IMG/VR virus record: IMGVR_UViG_3300032285_003860
Reading direction: 5' to 3' (one strand)
Source: a virus
DNA: 64,000 nt
The translations under genes and the position numbers were made by a program. Of the stretch, positions 30,513 through 39,403 are shown in pieces; positions within the stretch are counted from its first letter, which is position 1; every line of letters begins with the position of its first letter. The notes under the pieces are model-generated. The model did not search any database and was not told where the DNA came from. It worked only from the letters and a program-made list of their open reading frames with translations.

Positions 30513-31615
30513 GGGAAGTTTTTGTCTGGCATATCATTACATACGGTATGCAATAGTTTATTATTAAATTTATAATAGCAGTATTTACAAGTACTTTCCC
30601 AATTTTCGCCATTATTATTTTTTATTTCGTATGGGAAACCTTTTTCTTTAAAGTTTTCGTTTATTTTATTCCATGTGACAATAATGTCTTCAACCTTGCA
30701 TAAAGAATAGTCTAAATCATAATTTCTTTTATTCAAAACATGACTTGTGCATGTATAGACATGGTATTCATTTTTGCCATGTGGGTCTGGGGCAACATAG
30801 GGGCGAATCATTCCTACATAGCATCCATCATTAAATGGAGAGTCATCATATCCAATGTCTTTGATAAAGATTTTATTAAATTTGTCTACTTCATCAATCG
30901 TTTCTTGAAATTCCTGTCTTACACTTGCGTTGTTTCCTTTTATTAAGCAATTTCCTGCTATTCTAACGAATTTAATTTCTGGATTCAATTCAAGGACTTT
31001 TGCAATTCTTCTAATTGTCTCTGCGTTCGTGGGCGTATATTTCTTTCCAATTCTTGTTCCTGTTCCAGATTCTTCATCATAAATAATGTAAGAAAGACCC
31101 ATTTTATTGGCTGGAAAAGAACAAAAGTCATAGTCTTCTGGATTAAATCCTTCGTCTAGCTTAATTAAACTTATTCTTATCCAAGAAATTTTATCAAAGT
31201 TTTCTTTTTTAATTTTGTTTAGTTTTAGGGTATTAGTAATTATTCCAATAAAATAACCAAGTTCATTTGCATATTCTATGATTGAATTAATATCATCACC
31301 TGTGTCTTTGTCTCTATAAATCAAAGGCTCTCCTCCGCCGGTTATTTCTACGCTTTTTGCACCCAGCAACTTGAAATCTCTTAGAGTTTGCTTTATTTTT
31401 TCAAATGGCATATAGCTCTTAAGTGGTCTTTCTGCAACCGAGCAAAATGGGCAACCGCTTGAGCAAGCCTCAATTGGCGCGAGTTGAATAGTTATAGGTT
31501 TAAAAGTTCTATCTTTTTGAATTGAATGCAGAACGTCTGTATGTTGAAGAAGCTTATCTCCCCAAGTGCTGTATTTTTGGGTAAGGTCTTGATGTTTTTT
31601 TGTTTTGTTTTCCAT
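30509..31615 (-). CDS. Radical SAM protein with SPASM/twitch-like C-terminus
   Basis: CSSGCPFC, TGGGEP, additional C-terminal Cys. Confidence 0.88.
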   Translation of the reverse strand: MENKTKKHQDLTQKYSTWGDKLLQHTDVLHSIQKDRTFKPITIQLAPIEACSSGCPFCSVAERPLKSYMPFEKIKQTLRDFKLLGAKSVEITGGGEPLIYRDKDTGDDINSIIEYANELGYFIGIITNTLKLNKIKKENFDKISWIRISLIKLDEGFNPEDYDFCSFPANKMGLSYIIYDEESGTGTRIGKKYTPTNAETIRRIAKVLELNPEIKFVRIAGNCLIKGNNASVRQEFQETIDEVDKFNKIFIKDIGYDDSPFNDGCYVGMIRPYVAPDPHGKNEYHVYTCTSHVLNKRNYDLDYSLCKVEDIIVTWNKINENFKEKGFPYEIKNNNGENWESTCKYCYYKFNNKLLHTVCNDMPDKNFP

Positions 31616-31618
31616 ATT

Positions 31619-32413
31619 CTATTTTATTAGATAAGCAAATTTATCTCTATTTTTCATTACATAACTCGGTAGGCCAATTGAATCGTCTTTAACGATATGA
31701 AATCCATTTCTATCATAAGGGTCTCTCAATGAGTCTCTTCTTTCTTTTATTTTCTCGACAGACAGGTATTCTGGAGAATGATACTCGCTATGAGAGCTTG
31801 CGAGCATTTTATAAGCAATTTGATTTTCATCTCCTAAATGAGAAAAATGCCAGCCAGAATTGTAAATTCTATTAAGATGGTCTTTTGATTGCCTTACGTC
31901 ATTAAAGTTTTTATTTTTTAAATTTTTATATCTATCGCAAACAACAGAAGGAAACCAATAATGATTATCTGGAGACAATATCGGAGTATTCATATACCAG
32001 AAAAATCCTCTTAGAGTTAAAACGCATGGGAAAGTTTTAAGTTCTGATACGGATTTTGCCGTAGGAATTTCATCTAAATCAGAAAACATAATGATATCTT
32101 CGTCATCGCAATGAGCCAAGGCATTTTTTACCGCATCTCTTTGAAGAAACATTAATGAATGCCTATGTTCGTCACCTTTGTTATAAAATTCTGAAGAAGG
32201 GTTCTGCAAACCTTTCTCAAGTTTTAAATAAATAATCTTATCTTTGTATTTTTGATATATTTCTGAATTTTCAAGATAGAATGGCTTTTTTACATTAGAA
32301 ACAGTAATATCTGATTCGCAAATAACAAATTTATCAACTACATCTTTTAGTTCTTCAATTCTTATTTCTAAAATGTGGGTTTCGTTTAAAAAGTTAAAAC
32401 AATCGTAAATCAT
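31619..32413 (-). CDS. GT17 (beta-1,4-GlcNAc transferase-like)
   Basis: IYDCF.F.NE..ILEIR..EL..VVDKFVICES, QRD, SDLDEIP, GWHFS. Confidence 0.85.
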   Translation of the reverse strand: MIYDCFNFLNETHILEIRIEELKDVVDKFVICESDITVSNVKKPFYLENSEIYQKYKDKIIYLKLEKGLQNPSSEFYNKGDEHRHSLMFLQRDAVKNALAHCDDEDIIMFSDLDEIPTAKSVSELKTFPCVLTLRGFFWYMNTPILSPDNHYWFPSVVCDRYKNLKNKNFNDVRQSKDHLNRIYNSGWHFSHLGDENQIAYKMLASSHSEYHSPEYLSVEKIKERRDSLRDPYDRNGFHIVKDDSIGLPSYVMKNRDKFAYLIK

Positions 32414-32417
32414 ATTT

Positions 32418-33260
32418 TTATTCAGTTATGATGTTCCAAAAATCAAATGATGCAGTATTGCATTTATTTAAAAACTCTTTCATTCCGAGTCTTTTCATTT
32501 CATGGATACATCCTATCTTATCATTAATCATCATTTCCATTCCTGATAAAGCTGCCTCTCCTGCGGCTCTACAAAAGGGTTCATCTATTCTAGGGAAATA
32601 TATAAAAGTTTTATATTTATTATATAGTTCGGGCATCTTTTCGTGAGATACTTTTCCAAGGAATTCTATATTTGGAATGCTTGTGGCTAAATGTTCAAAA
32701 ATCTTTTCTCCCCATCCAGCGACGACAAATTGTATTTGCGGATTATCTATAGCGTATCTAAAAAAGTCAAAAGTGCCTTTGAATTCGTGCATGAATCCAA
32801 CGTAAAGGACTTTATCTTCCCTATTATTCTTATTATCAAAAAAGATAGATGAATCTATTGGGTCTGGAACTATTCTAACGTTAATAAAATAATCTCCGTA
32901 ATGATTTTTAAATAAATTATAATGATATTCAGTTAGGAAGAATGCATTTTTGCAGCTTGTGTAAAGCTGATGTCTTTTAGACTGAGAAAGATATCTATTC
33001 ATATCATGCTCGACTCTTGAATGAGCTTTTGCAGAAGATAAATAATCAATTATAAATGGATATTTCTGGTTTAAAAATTCAAGATTTGCAGAAATCACAT
33101 GGTCGTAAGAGTTTTTAAGCAATTCTGGGTCTGAATCACAAGTAAAATGAGTTATATTTAAACCCATCTGCCTTCCCTTTTTAATAATAATATCATCGCT
33201 TCTTTGAGCGCCTCCAGGACTATGCAAGATTGAAAAATCAGAAACCCAAAGAATGTTCAT
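32418..33260 (-). CDS. GT4 glycosyltransferase
   Basis: GGAQ, LYVG....KG, EPFCRAAGEA. Confidence 0.8.
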   Translation of the reverse strand: MNILWVSDFSILHSPGGAQRSDDIIIKKGRQMGLNITHFTCDSDPELLKNSYDHVISANLEFLNQKYPFIIDYLSSAKAHSRVEHDMNRYLSQSKRHQLYTSCKNAFFLTEYHYNLFKNHYGDYFINVRIVPDPIDSSIFFDNKNNREDKVLYVGFMHEFKGTFDFFRYAIDNPQIQFVVAGWGEKIFEHLATSIPNIEFLGKVSHEKMPELYNKYKTFIYFPRIDEPFCRAAGEAALSGMEMMINDKIGCIHEMKRLGMKEFLNKCNTASFDFWNIITE

Positions 33261-33270
33261 ATTTTATATA

Positions 33271-34116
33271 TTATCTATTCCACGAAATAGCGTGGTTTTT
33301 AATTAGACCATCATTCTTGTCTATATATTCAAAAATAAATTCTATTTGTGGTATATTGGTACTCTTTGCTTCCCTGAGTTTTCCAAAAAGATCTTTTAAT
33401 GATACTGTTTTGGGTATATTTATTTCTGCGAGTTGCTGTTTTAAGGCAGAGTATCCTGTAACTTTCTTAATATAAATATGTGACTTAGATTGTTTTAATA
33501 ATTTAAATATTTGAGTAAAAAATATATCATTCTGACTCTTTGTATAAGAAGTTAGATTTCCAAATCTAACAGATTTAAATGCCACTGCGCCATCAAAATA
33601 ATCTAATCCAAAATTAAAAACATCATCGCATTCAAATTTTATTCCATCTTCATCTAAGAAATACCCATAAAAAGTAAAAATTTCTTCATTAGCTTTTATA
33701 TCTTTTGAGGCAGTAAATATAAATGTTTTATCTTTTATTTTCCACTCAGCATTGTTTCCGCTGTTTGAAGTATTGTAGATTGGTCCAAATCCCAATGGTA
33801 AAACTGTATAAACTACTTCTTCTCCATCTGGATGATATTTTGGCATCCATTTAAAATAATAATCTTCCGCATCTTTAAAACCAAGATTCTTTCGAAGATT
33901 TTCTATGAATTTTTCTTTTGGATGAAGAAGGTTTTGAGATTTTAATGTATCAATAATTGGCTTTAAAGATAATACTTGCTGTGGGAGAACAATAAATGGC
34001 GACTCTTCTAGCGTCTCTCCATTTTGAATATCCTCTTTTGCAAATACCCCAAATCCTTCTATTGGAGAATTTCTTACTTCTATTTTAGATGAGAAAATCA
34101 GTTTGTTTTTTTGCAT
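33271..34116 (-). CDS. SET-domain protein (putative lysine methyltransferase)
   Basis: EVRNSPIEGFGVFAKEDI..GE, LGFGPIYNTS, A.KDIKANEEIFTFYG. Confidence 0.8.
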   Translation of the reverse strand: MQKNKLIFSSKIEVRNSPIEGFGVFAKEDIQNGETLEESPFIVLPQQVLSLKPIIDTLKSQNLLHPKEKFIENLRKNLGFKDAEDYYFKWMPKYHPDGEEVVYTVLPLGFGPIYNTSNSGNNAEWKIKDKTFIFTASKDIKANEEIFTFYGYFLDEDGIKFECDDVFNFGLDYFDGAVAFKSVRFGNLTSYTKSQNDIFFTQIFKLLKQSKSHIYIKKVTGYSALKQQLAEINIPKTVSLKDLFGKLREAKSTNIPQIEFIFEYIDKNDGLIKNHAISWNR

Positions 34117-34444
34117 GAGGATGTTTCTTTCCAGTTCTCTGTTCGTATTTCAATTCTGCATTTCTACGCATTTCATCTTGACCAGAGTTGCCTCCTCTTT
34201 TTTCAGAAAGCTCTGCGCTTTTATCCCACAATTGTCCTAAAGAATAATTTTTTTGCCTAGTCTTTCTTACAAAGTCATTTGGGTCGGTTAAACTTAACTG
34301 TGTATCTATTGAAGCCTGTGGTTTACAAAATTCTCTTTGCCATTTTACACCTTTTTCGTCTATATAAATATGTTCATCGCTCATAGCTTGAACGACTTCT
34401 ATGATTTTTCCATTTTCTGGATGAGAGAATGTATAAATAGGCAT
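34085..34444 (-). CDS. FmdB-like small protein (Cys-less zinc-ribbon homologue)
   Basis: MPIYTF..ENG..IEVVQAMSD N-terminus. Confidence 0.5.
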   Translation of the reverse strand: MPIYTFSHPENGKIIEVVQAMSDEHIYIDEKGVKWQREFCKPQASIDTQLSLTDPNDFVRKTRQKNYSLGQLWDKSAELSEKRGGNSGQDEMRRNAELKYEQRTGKKHPHAKKQTDFLI

Positions 34445-34447
34445 ATC

Positions 34448-35143
34448 TTAAATAGTTATATCAAAATTATCTGAAATTGGTACGCGAGACGCAATGAATA
34501 AAGCCCTTGATTTTTCCTTTATTGGAATAGAAAAACAATTTACAAAACCTTTTATACCCATAGCTTTTTTAAAGTCAATAAATTCTTCTTCATTACACGA
34601 GACTTCTCCACAAATAGATTTAACATTCTTTTCTATTAGCTTAGAATTTGTAAGGATTTCTCTTTCGGCATATCCTATATTTAATTTCATTATATCAATT
34701 TCTTCTCCATAGCAGTATTCTGTTAAAATAGTATCTAAGTTATGGCATTGACATGGATAATAATTTTCCTGTTCTTCTTTAATTAAACCAATGGAAGACA
34801 AGTCGAAATAGATATTATCAACAAATTCTGGAGTAGAAAATCTACCAATTATTGACTCTGTATATATTCCCAGTTGAAAGGGAGTAACTCTCCCAACAAA
34901 ATCTAATTTATAACAATTTTGAAGCAATGACTTAAAATTATCTAAAAATGGCTCGATTGCATATACTTTTCTTGCTCCAAGCGTGAGGGCAGTAAATGAG
35001 AAAAAACCAGCGTGCGCGCCAATATCCAAGAATACTTTTGAATTGTCTTTGTTTGCTTTTAATTTGTAATAATTATTAAAAAAGACATTGTCAAAAATAC
35101 CTTGGTCATTGGTAAAGCTTCTGGTTATAATTTCTGGGGTCAT
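34448..35143 (-). CDS. FkbM-family methyltransferase
   Basis: FLDIGAHAGFFS, VYAIEP, IDIMKLNIGYAE. Confidence 0.8.
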   Translation of the reverse strand: MTPEIITRSFTNDQGIFDNVFFNNYYKLKANKDNSKVFLDIGAHAGFFSFTALTLGARKVYAIEPFLDNFKSLLQNCYKLDFVGRVTPFQLGIYTESIIGRFSTPEFVDNIYFDLSSIGLIKEEQENYYPCQCHNLDTILTEYCYGEEIDIMKLNIGYAEREILTNSKLIEKNVKSICGEVSCNEEEFIDFKKAMGIKGFVNCFSIPIKEKSRALFIASRVPISDNFDITI

Positions 35144-35145
35144 AT

Positions 35146-36240
35146 TTATGATACCGAGGCAATAACATTTTCAACAAACTTTTCTTTAGAGAATGTGGTT
35201 TGAAGGGTTTTACCTGCTTCGTTTTGCCTATTAGATAAAACTTTTCTACAGGCTAATTCACAGGCAGAGATAAAATCTGCTTCATTAAAGTCATAAATAT
35301 TACCTTGATTGAAAGGCTGGCCCTTTTGAAAAAACATTCCATCATACGCTGGAATTTTTTCAGAAGGATTTACCCAAGTTACCATTTCGTCCGTTGCCCA
35401 GTCTTTATAGGTATGAGCATTAAGCAATACAGCGTGTTTACCTATTGCAACACTTTGGAATTCTGGAAGCGCCCATCCTTCTCCACCAGAAAGACCAAGA
35501 ACAACATCTCCACTATTAAGGAAATCATTGTACATTGAATTTTCATTCATTGATGGATAGAAACTGACATTGAAAGGTTTTTCTCCGCCAAGGATTCCAC
35601 CAATAATCTGCTGATTCTGTTGCTCAGATAAAAATCCATTATAAATTGCGCACTGAAGTGAATAATTAGGTTTGTTTCCAAATTTTTTTATCCAAGACTG
35701 AATAACCTTGGCATGATTTTTCCTTTTCTCAAATTTACCGCAAAGATTAAAAACAACTCTTTCATCATTAAAGAACTTCTTTTTGACGGAAAAAAAGTTA
35801 AAAGAATCAAAAGCTAAAGGCAAATATCCTGTTTCTACTCCAGCATTTTTAAATGCTTCGCAGCTATATTTTGAAGAAAAATACGTTTTATTATTTTTTG
35901 CAATATTGACTTCTACTTTTGTTGGCTCGTCCAATTCATGAAAAGACAACAAGCTCTGGCTTTTTGAAAAAGACTCTAAAGAACCATTTAAATGCCAAAG
36001 CTTGAAAATTGGGATATCTCTCGTATAATTTTCAAGGCCATTTATGATTTTAGAATTAATCCAGTCGCTAAATTCTTTTGTTACTGATTGACTAGATAAA
36101 TCCACTGGACCAATAGGAAATAAATAAATATCATGCTTTATTCCGGTTGACTTTTCTTGTTCAAAGATTGTGCGGATTAAAAGTGATGATACTTGACCAA
36201 AACTAACTCTATTGAGTGGTAAATTTAATGCTAATTTCAT
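35146..36240 (-). CDS. GT4 glycosyltransferase
   Basis: GKFEKRKN, SGGEGWALPEFQ. Confidence 0.8.
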   Translation of the reverse strand: MKLALNLPLNRVSFGQVSSLLIRTIFEQEKSTGIKHDIYLFPIGPVDLSSQSVTKEFSDWINSKIINGLENYTRDIPIFKLWHLNGSLESFSKSQSLLSFHELDEPTKVEVNIAKNNKTYFSSKYSCEAFKNAGVETGYLPLAFDSFNFFSVKKKFFNDERVVFNLCGKFEKRKNHAKVIQSWIKKFGNKPNYSLQCAIYNGFLSEQQNQQIIGGILGGEKPFNVSFYPSMNENSMYNDFLNSGDVVLGLSGGEGWALPEFQSVAIGKHAVLLNAHTYKDWATDEMVTWVNPSEKIPAYDGMFFQKGQPFNQGNIYDFNEADFISACELACRKVLSNRQNEAGKTLQTTFSKEKFVENVIASVS

Positions 36241-36249
36241 ATTTAAATT

Positions 36250-36280
36250 AAAAAAAAGGAGGAGCGGTTGCTCCTCCTTT
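36250..36280. terminator. Intrinsic terminator hairpin
   Basis: AAAGGAGGAGC-GGTT-GCTCCTCCTTT with A-tract (U-tract on minus strand). Confidence 0.75.
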
Positions 36281-36290
36281 ATTGGACAGC

Positions 36291-36596
36291 TTAGATAAGC
36301 TCTTCTGCTTCTTCCTGCTGAACTGGAGCGGCGACAGTCTTTACAACCTTTTTAATTGGTGCTTGCGCTGCCACAGGGGCGGCACTGGCTCTAGGCTTAG
36401 ACAAATACATTCTCAAATCAGGATGATTGTCTGCCTTCTTAAATTTATTAGAGAAGATGACGACCTGAATGTCTTCATTGCCTTCTGGGAGAGCGGAACG
36501 CTTAATTGTGCCAGACAAGAACTTCTGTCCCTTGCCTTCCTTCTTCCACAATGCGCCAAGCTCAATTTGCTCCGACTTAGTATTAGTTTGTTCCAT
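36291..36596 (-). CDS. DUF736-like putative ssDNA-binding protein
   Basis: ELGALWKK..FLSG.I...NKFK...HPDLR; Ala/Pro linker, acidic tail. Confidence 0.6.
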   Translation of the reverse strand: MEQTNTKSEQIELGALWKKEGKGQKFLSGTIKRSALPEGNEDIQVVIFSNKFKKADNHPDLRMYLSKPRASAAPVAAQAPIKKVVKTVAAPVQQEEAEELI

Positions 36597-36647
36597 ATGT
36601 TTAGTTAGTTTTATAGTTAAAGCTTATTTTTATAAGCTAGTAAAATT

Positions 36648-36676
36648 ATTGTATTTAATATTTCTGATAAAGTCAA
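36648..36676 (-). promoter_or_regulatory. sigma70-type promoter
   Basis: TTGACT-N17-TACAAT upstream of the DUF736-like gene. Confidence 0.6.
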
Positions 36677-36684
36677 ATTATTTT

Positions 36685-37314
36685 TTAAACTAAATCGCAA
36701 ATATTGTTTGAATCTTTCATTTTGTTTTTAATTAAAATTAAACCTTTTTTATGCAAGCACATGACTGTTTGTGGCGATGCTTTTACTTTTCTTGCAATTT
36801 TATTCCAAATCATCTTTTTTCCTGCAAAATATCTATATTCGAATATATCTTTGATTCTTGGGTCTTTCATTTGGCCTAGTATATCGAATATATAATCTTT
36901 GCTTTCTTCCAAAGAGTTTTGTGATTCAAAATAATTATTAAAAATTTGCTGCTCTTCTATTTTTTTCTGAACATCTTCGTCGCAAGAAGGCATGATAAAT
37001 CTTCTTGAATTTATCGAATTAAGGCAAAGATATCTTGCGTAATTACCTATCCACGAAGATAATTTTGTTTTCTTTTTTGGATTAAAAGTCTTAATACAAT
37101 GAAAGATAATCATATCTTTTTCATTAAAAATATCCTGTAAGTGGAATCCGCAATTACTTATTGAAGAAGAATATTTTTGACACATTTTATAAAAAACGTT
37201 CTCATATCTTCTACAAACCTCTAAAAAACATTCGCTACAGGCTTTATTTTTAACTTGCCTAATCAAATAAAGGTCAGATTTGTTTTCTAATGAATTGTTC
37301 AACAGTTTTGACAT
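36685..37314 (-). CDS. Phage sigma70-family sigma factor
   Basis: Region 2 (FNPKKKTKLSSWIGNYAR) and region 4 HTH (IFEYRYF..WNKIARKVKASPQTV). Confidence 0.75.
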   Translation of the reverse strand: MSKLLNNSLENKSDLYLIRQVKNKACSECFLEVCRRYENVFYKMCQKYSSSISNCGFHLQDIFNEKDMIIFHCIKTFNPKKKTKLSSWIGNYARYLCLNSINSRRFIMPSCDEDVQKKIEEQQIFNNYFESQNSLEESKDYIFDILGQMKDPRIKDIFEYRYFAGKKMIWNKIARKVKASPQTVMCLHKKGLILIKNKMKDSNNICDLV

Positions 37315-37861
37315 ATTTATTTAATCCTGAGCTTTTTAACGAAAAGTTCGGCTGCTTTTGCCATTCTATAAGAAGGTCAGAGTTTTCTTTTAAAAATGGG
37401 TCATTTTTCTTTTCATCATTGTTGGCTGGAGCAACAGTTTTTCCATCATCAATCATTGAAATATGAATCAATTTTCCTCCAAGGGTATTTCTTACCCAGT
37501 ACACTTCATCTTTTTCATACTCGCAATACCTGATATCAGTTATTACTGCAATATTTTTATTTGATTCTCTAACATAGTCTTGTATATGACTAGTTACAAG
37601 ACTTGTCCAATGCGTTCCATCCGACTGCTTTCTTCTAATCTTTCCATGTTCAACAAGAATTGGTCGAACCAAATCTTTTTCTTCTCTCGAACAATTGAAT
37701 ATATCTATATTATATAATTCTTTAATAAATGAAAATAACTCAGTTTTTAATGCATCCGCCAATGCGAAACGCTTAACATTTGGGTTGTTAAAATTTAGCA
37801 GAGAAAACATGGTGTCTTTGCCAGAACCTGCAACACCGCATAATCCAATAATTTGATTCAT
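37274..37861 (-). CDS. Deoxynucleoside monophosphate kinase
   Basis: IIGLCGVAGSGKDT, FALADALK, ITDIRY..E. Confidence 0.85.
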   Translation of the reverse strand: MNQIIGLCGVAGSGKDTMFSLLNFNNPNVKRFALADALKTELFSFIKELYNIDIFNCSREEKDLVRPILVEHGKIRRKQSDGTHWTSLVTSHIQDYVRESNKNIAVITDIRYCEYEKDEVYWVRNTLGGKLIHISMIDDGKTVAPANNDEKKNDPFLKENSDLLIEWQKQPNFSLKSSGLNKYVKTVEQFIRKQI

Positions 37862-37920
37862 ATCTACTACTTAGACTAGCAAATGTCTAAAATTGTTCAA
37901 GCTTTATAAAACGTGGGTAG

Positions 37921-37989
37921 AATTGCTTCGCAATTAAATCCTGCGGATTTATGTGATGGAAGTAATTATATTTCGTTAATATTAACGAA
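37921..37989. repeat. Cluster of short inverted repeats
   Basis: AATTGC-TTC-GCAATT, AAATCC-TGC-GGATTT and perfect 18-bp palindrome TTCGTTAATATTAACGAA. Confidence 0.7.
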
Positions 37990-38026
37990 CGCGTAAGCCT
38001 GTTATAATTTCTTTAAGCAAAAATAG

Positions 38027-38074
38027 AAAAAATACCCCCAAAATAATAATATTTTTATTATTACTTGGGAGTAT
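38027..38074 (-). terminator. Intrinsic terminator
   Basis: Minus strand ATACTCCCAA...TTGGGGGTAT long hairpin followed by T-tract. Confidence 0.65.
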
Positions 38075-38398
38075 CCTGAAATAATTTCTTCGAAGGGCAT
38101 TATTATTTAATCGTCCTAGCCAACGGACAGAAATTCAGAAGTGATTTTCACACTAGACAGCTACCATATAGGTGATGAGAGAGATTCTAAAACTCATTTA
38201 CGCTGCCAATACCTCGTTTCCGAAATGTCGGGTAAACTCCACAATTTACTTGCAGACTCTTTTTTTATCCCATCTGATAATGGGGGCCTTTCTCCTTTGG
38301 GCATGGTATTAAAGACAGTTTACCAATCTACTTTGCTTCGATTGCCGCAGGAAAACCTCACGATTGTCGTATGGCTTAAAAGATTCACTCTTTTTGTA
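38027..38398 (-). ncRNA. Candidate structured non-coding RNA
   Basis: Lies between a minus-strand promoter and terminator, no convincing ORF, several helices visible. Confidence 0.4.
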
Positions 38399-38405
38399 TT
38401 TACTT

Positions 38406-38435
38406 ATACTAAGCATTTATTTACAAAAATGTCAA
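38406..38435 (-). promoter_or_regulatory. sigma70-type promoter
   Basis: TTGACA-N18-TAGTAT on minus strand. Confidence 0.5.
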
Positions 38436-38461
38436 CATAAAATCTATAATAAGATTGAGTT

Positions 38462-38815
38462 ATGAATAATATTTTATTTATCTTTTGGAATATTTTAATT
38501 TTATATATTTTATTAGAGACAGATGCGGTATATAAATGGGCAAAGCTTTTTAAGTTAAAATGCCTTAAGTACCAAGAATTTGAAGAAAAACAGGCAATAT
38601 TTCAGCGTTATCAATATTTTTTATCAAGCAAATATCCAAATTTTATTGTTTCTTTAATAACTTGTCAAGAATGTTTAACCATTTGGTTAAATATAATTCA
38701 ATTTGTATTTTTTTCTGATATATTGGGGGGTTGGATATTTTTTGGATTAAACTGTATAGTAACTTTATATGGAATATCTGCTTTCAAATATCTTTTAAAA
38801 AAAACATATGAGTAA
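38462..38815 (+). CDS. Hypothetical membrane protein (CxxC)
   Basis: Hydrophobic segments, LITCQECL..W. Confidence 0.6.
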   Translation: MNNILFIFWNILILYILLETDAVYKWAKLFKLKCLKYQEFEEKQAIFQRYQYFLSSKYPNFIVSLITCQECLTIWLNIIQFVFFSDILGGWIFFGLNCIVTLYGISAFKYLLKKTYE

Positions 38816-39323
38816 CATTGTTTACGAAAGGATAGCTAGGGAGAAGACTCAAAAAATAAACTTTGTACGCAAAAAAGAACAACCAAAAGAAATCGACGAA
38901 ATGAATCAACAGCAAGAAAAAGATTCATCTCCACCAATTAGTCCAGAAATATTAAAACAAGAGCTTTTAAAAAAAATAAATCCAAAGCCTAAAATAACCA
39001 TGAACGAACAATCGACGCAAACAGAAGAACCAGTAATTGAATTAATTCATTTTTCGGCACTAATAGAATTTGTTAGCTGGTACGAACAAAATTCAGATAA
39101 ATTTTCAGAGGGCCAGAACAAAGCTCTAAAAACTTTAACAGAAGCAAGAGACATGACTCTTGGTGGATGCAACTGCGACAGAGAAAAAAGAAAATATATC
39201 GCAGAAGATTATTTTAAGAAATTTTGGGTCACAAATCAATCAACGGACCTTCTTCCTACACTATTAAAAATAGTAAAATCAAAAAAAATCATTTTCGGAG
39301 ATTTTTTAAGTTATCCATCTTAA
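38808..39323 (+). CDS. Hypothetical protein
   Basis: 171 aa, GGCNC motif. Confidence 0.55.
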   Translation: MSNIVYERIAREKTQKINFVRKKEQPKEIDEMNQQQEKDSSPPISPEILKQELLKKINPKPKITMNEQSTQTEEPVIELIHFSALIEFVSWYEQNSDKFSEGQNKALKTLTEARDMTLGGCNCDREKRKYIAEDYFKKFWVTNQSTDLLPTLLKIVKSKKIIFGDFLSYPS

Positions 39324-39403
39324 AATATTGTATCTATCTTTGCATCAAAAAAAGTCTTGCGCTATTATCAAAAGTAGCGTAAGATAAGAATACATTTTAT
39401 TTT

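Noticed and set aside
21983-36240. Bacterial chromosomal O-antigen locus
   Set aside because: No wzx/wzy/wzm/wzt; flanked by phage-type replication genes, dNMP kinase and free-standing HNH genes with no bacterial housekeeping context
38027-38398. RNase P RNA or cobalamin riboswitch
   Set aside because: No GAGGAAAGUC / AACAGAA..GGCUUA motifs or B12 box found, and orientation is away from nrdJ
38141-38440. 99-aa plus-strand ORF
   Set aside because: GTG start, atypical composition, and it lies antisense to a promoter-terminator unit
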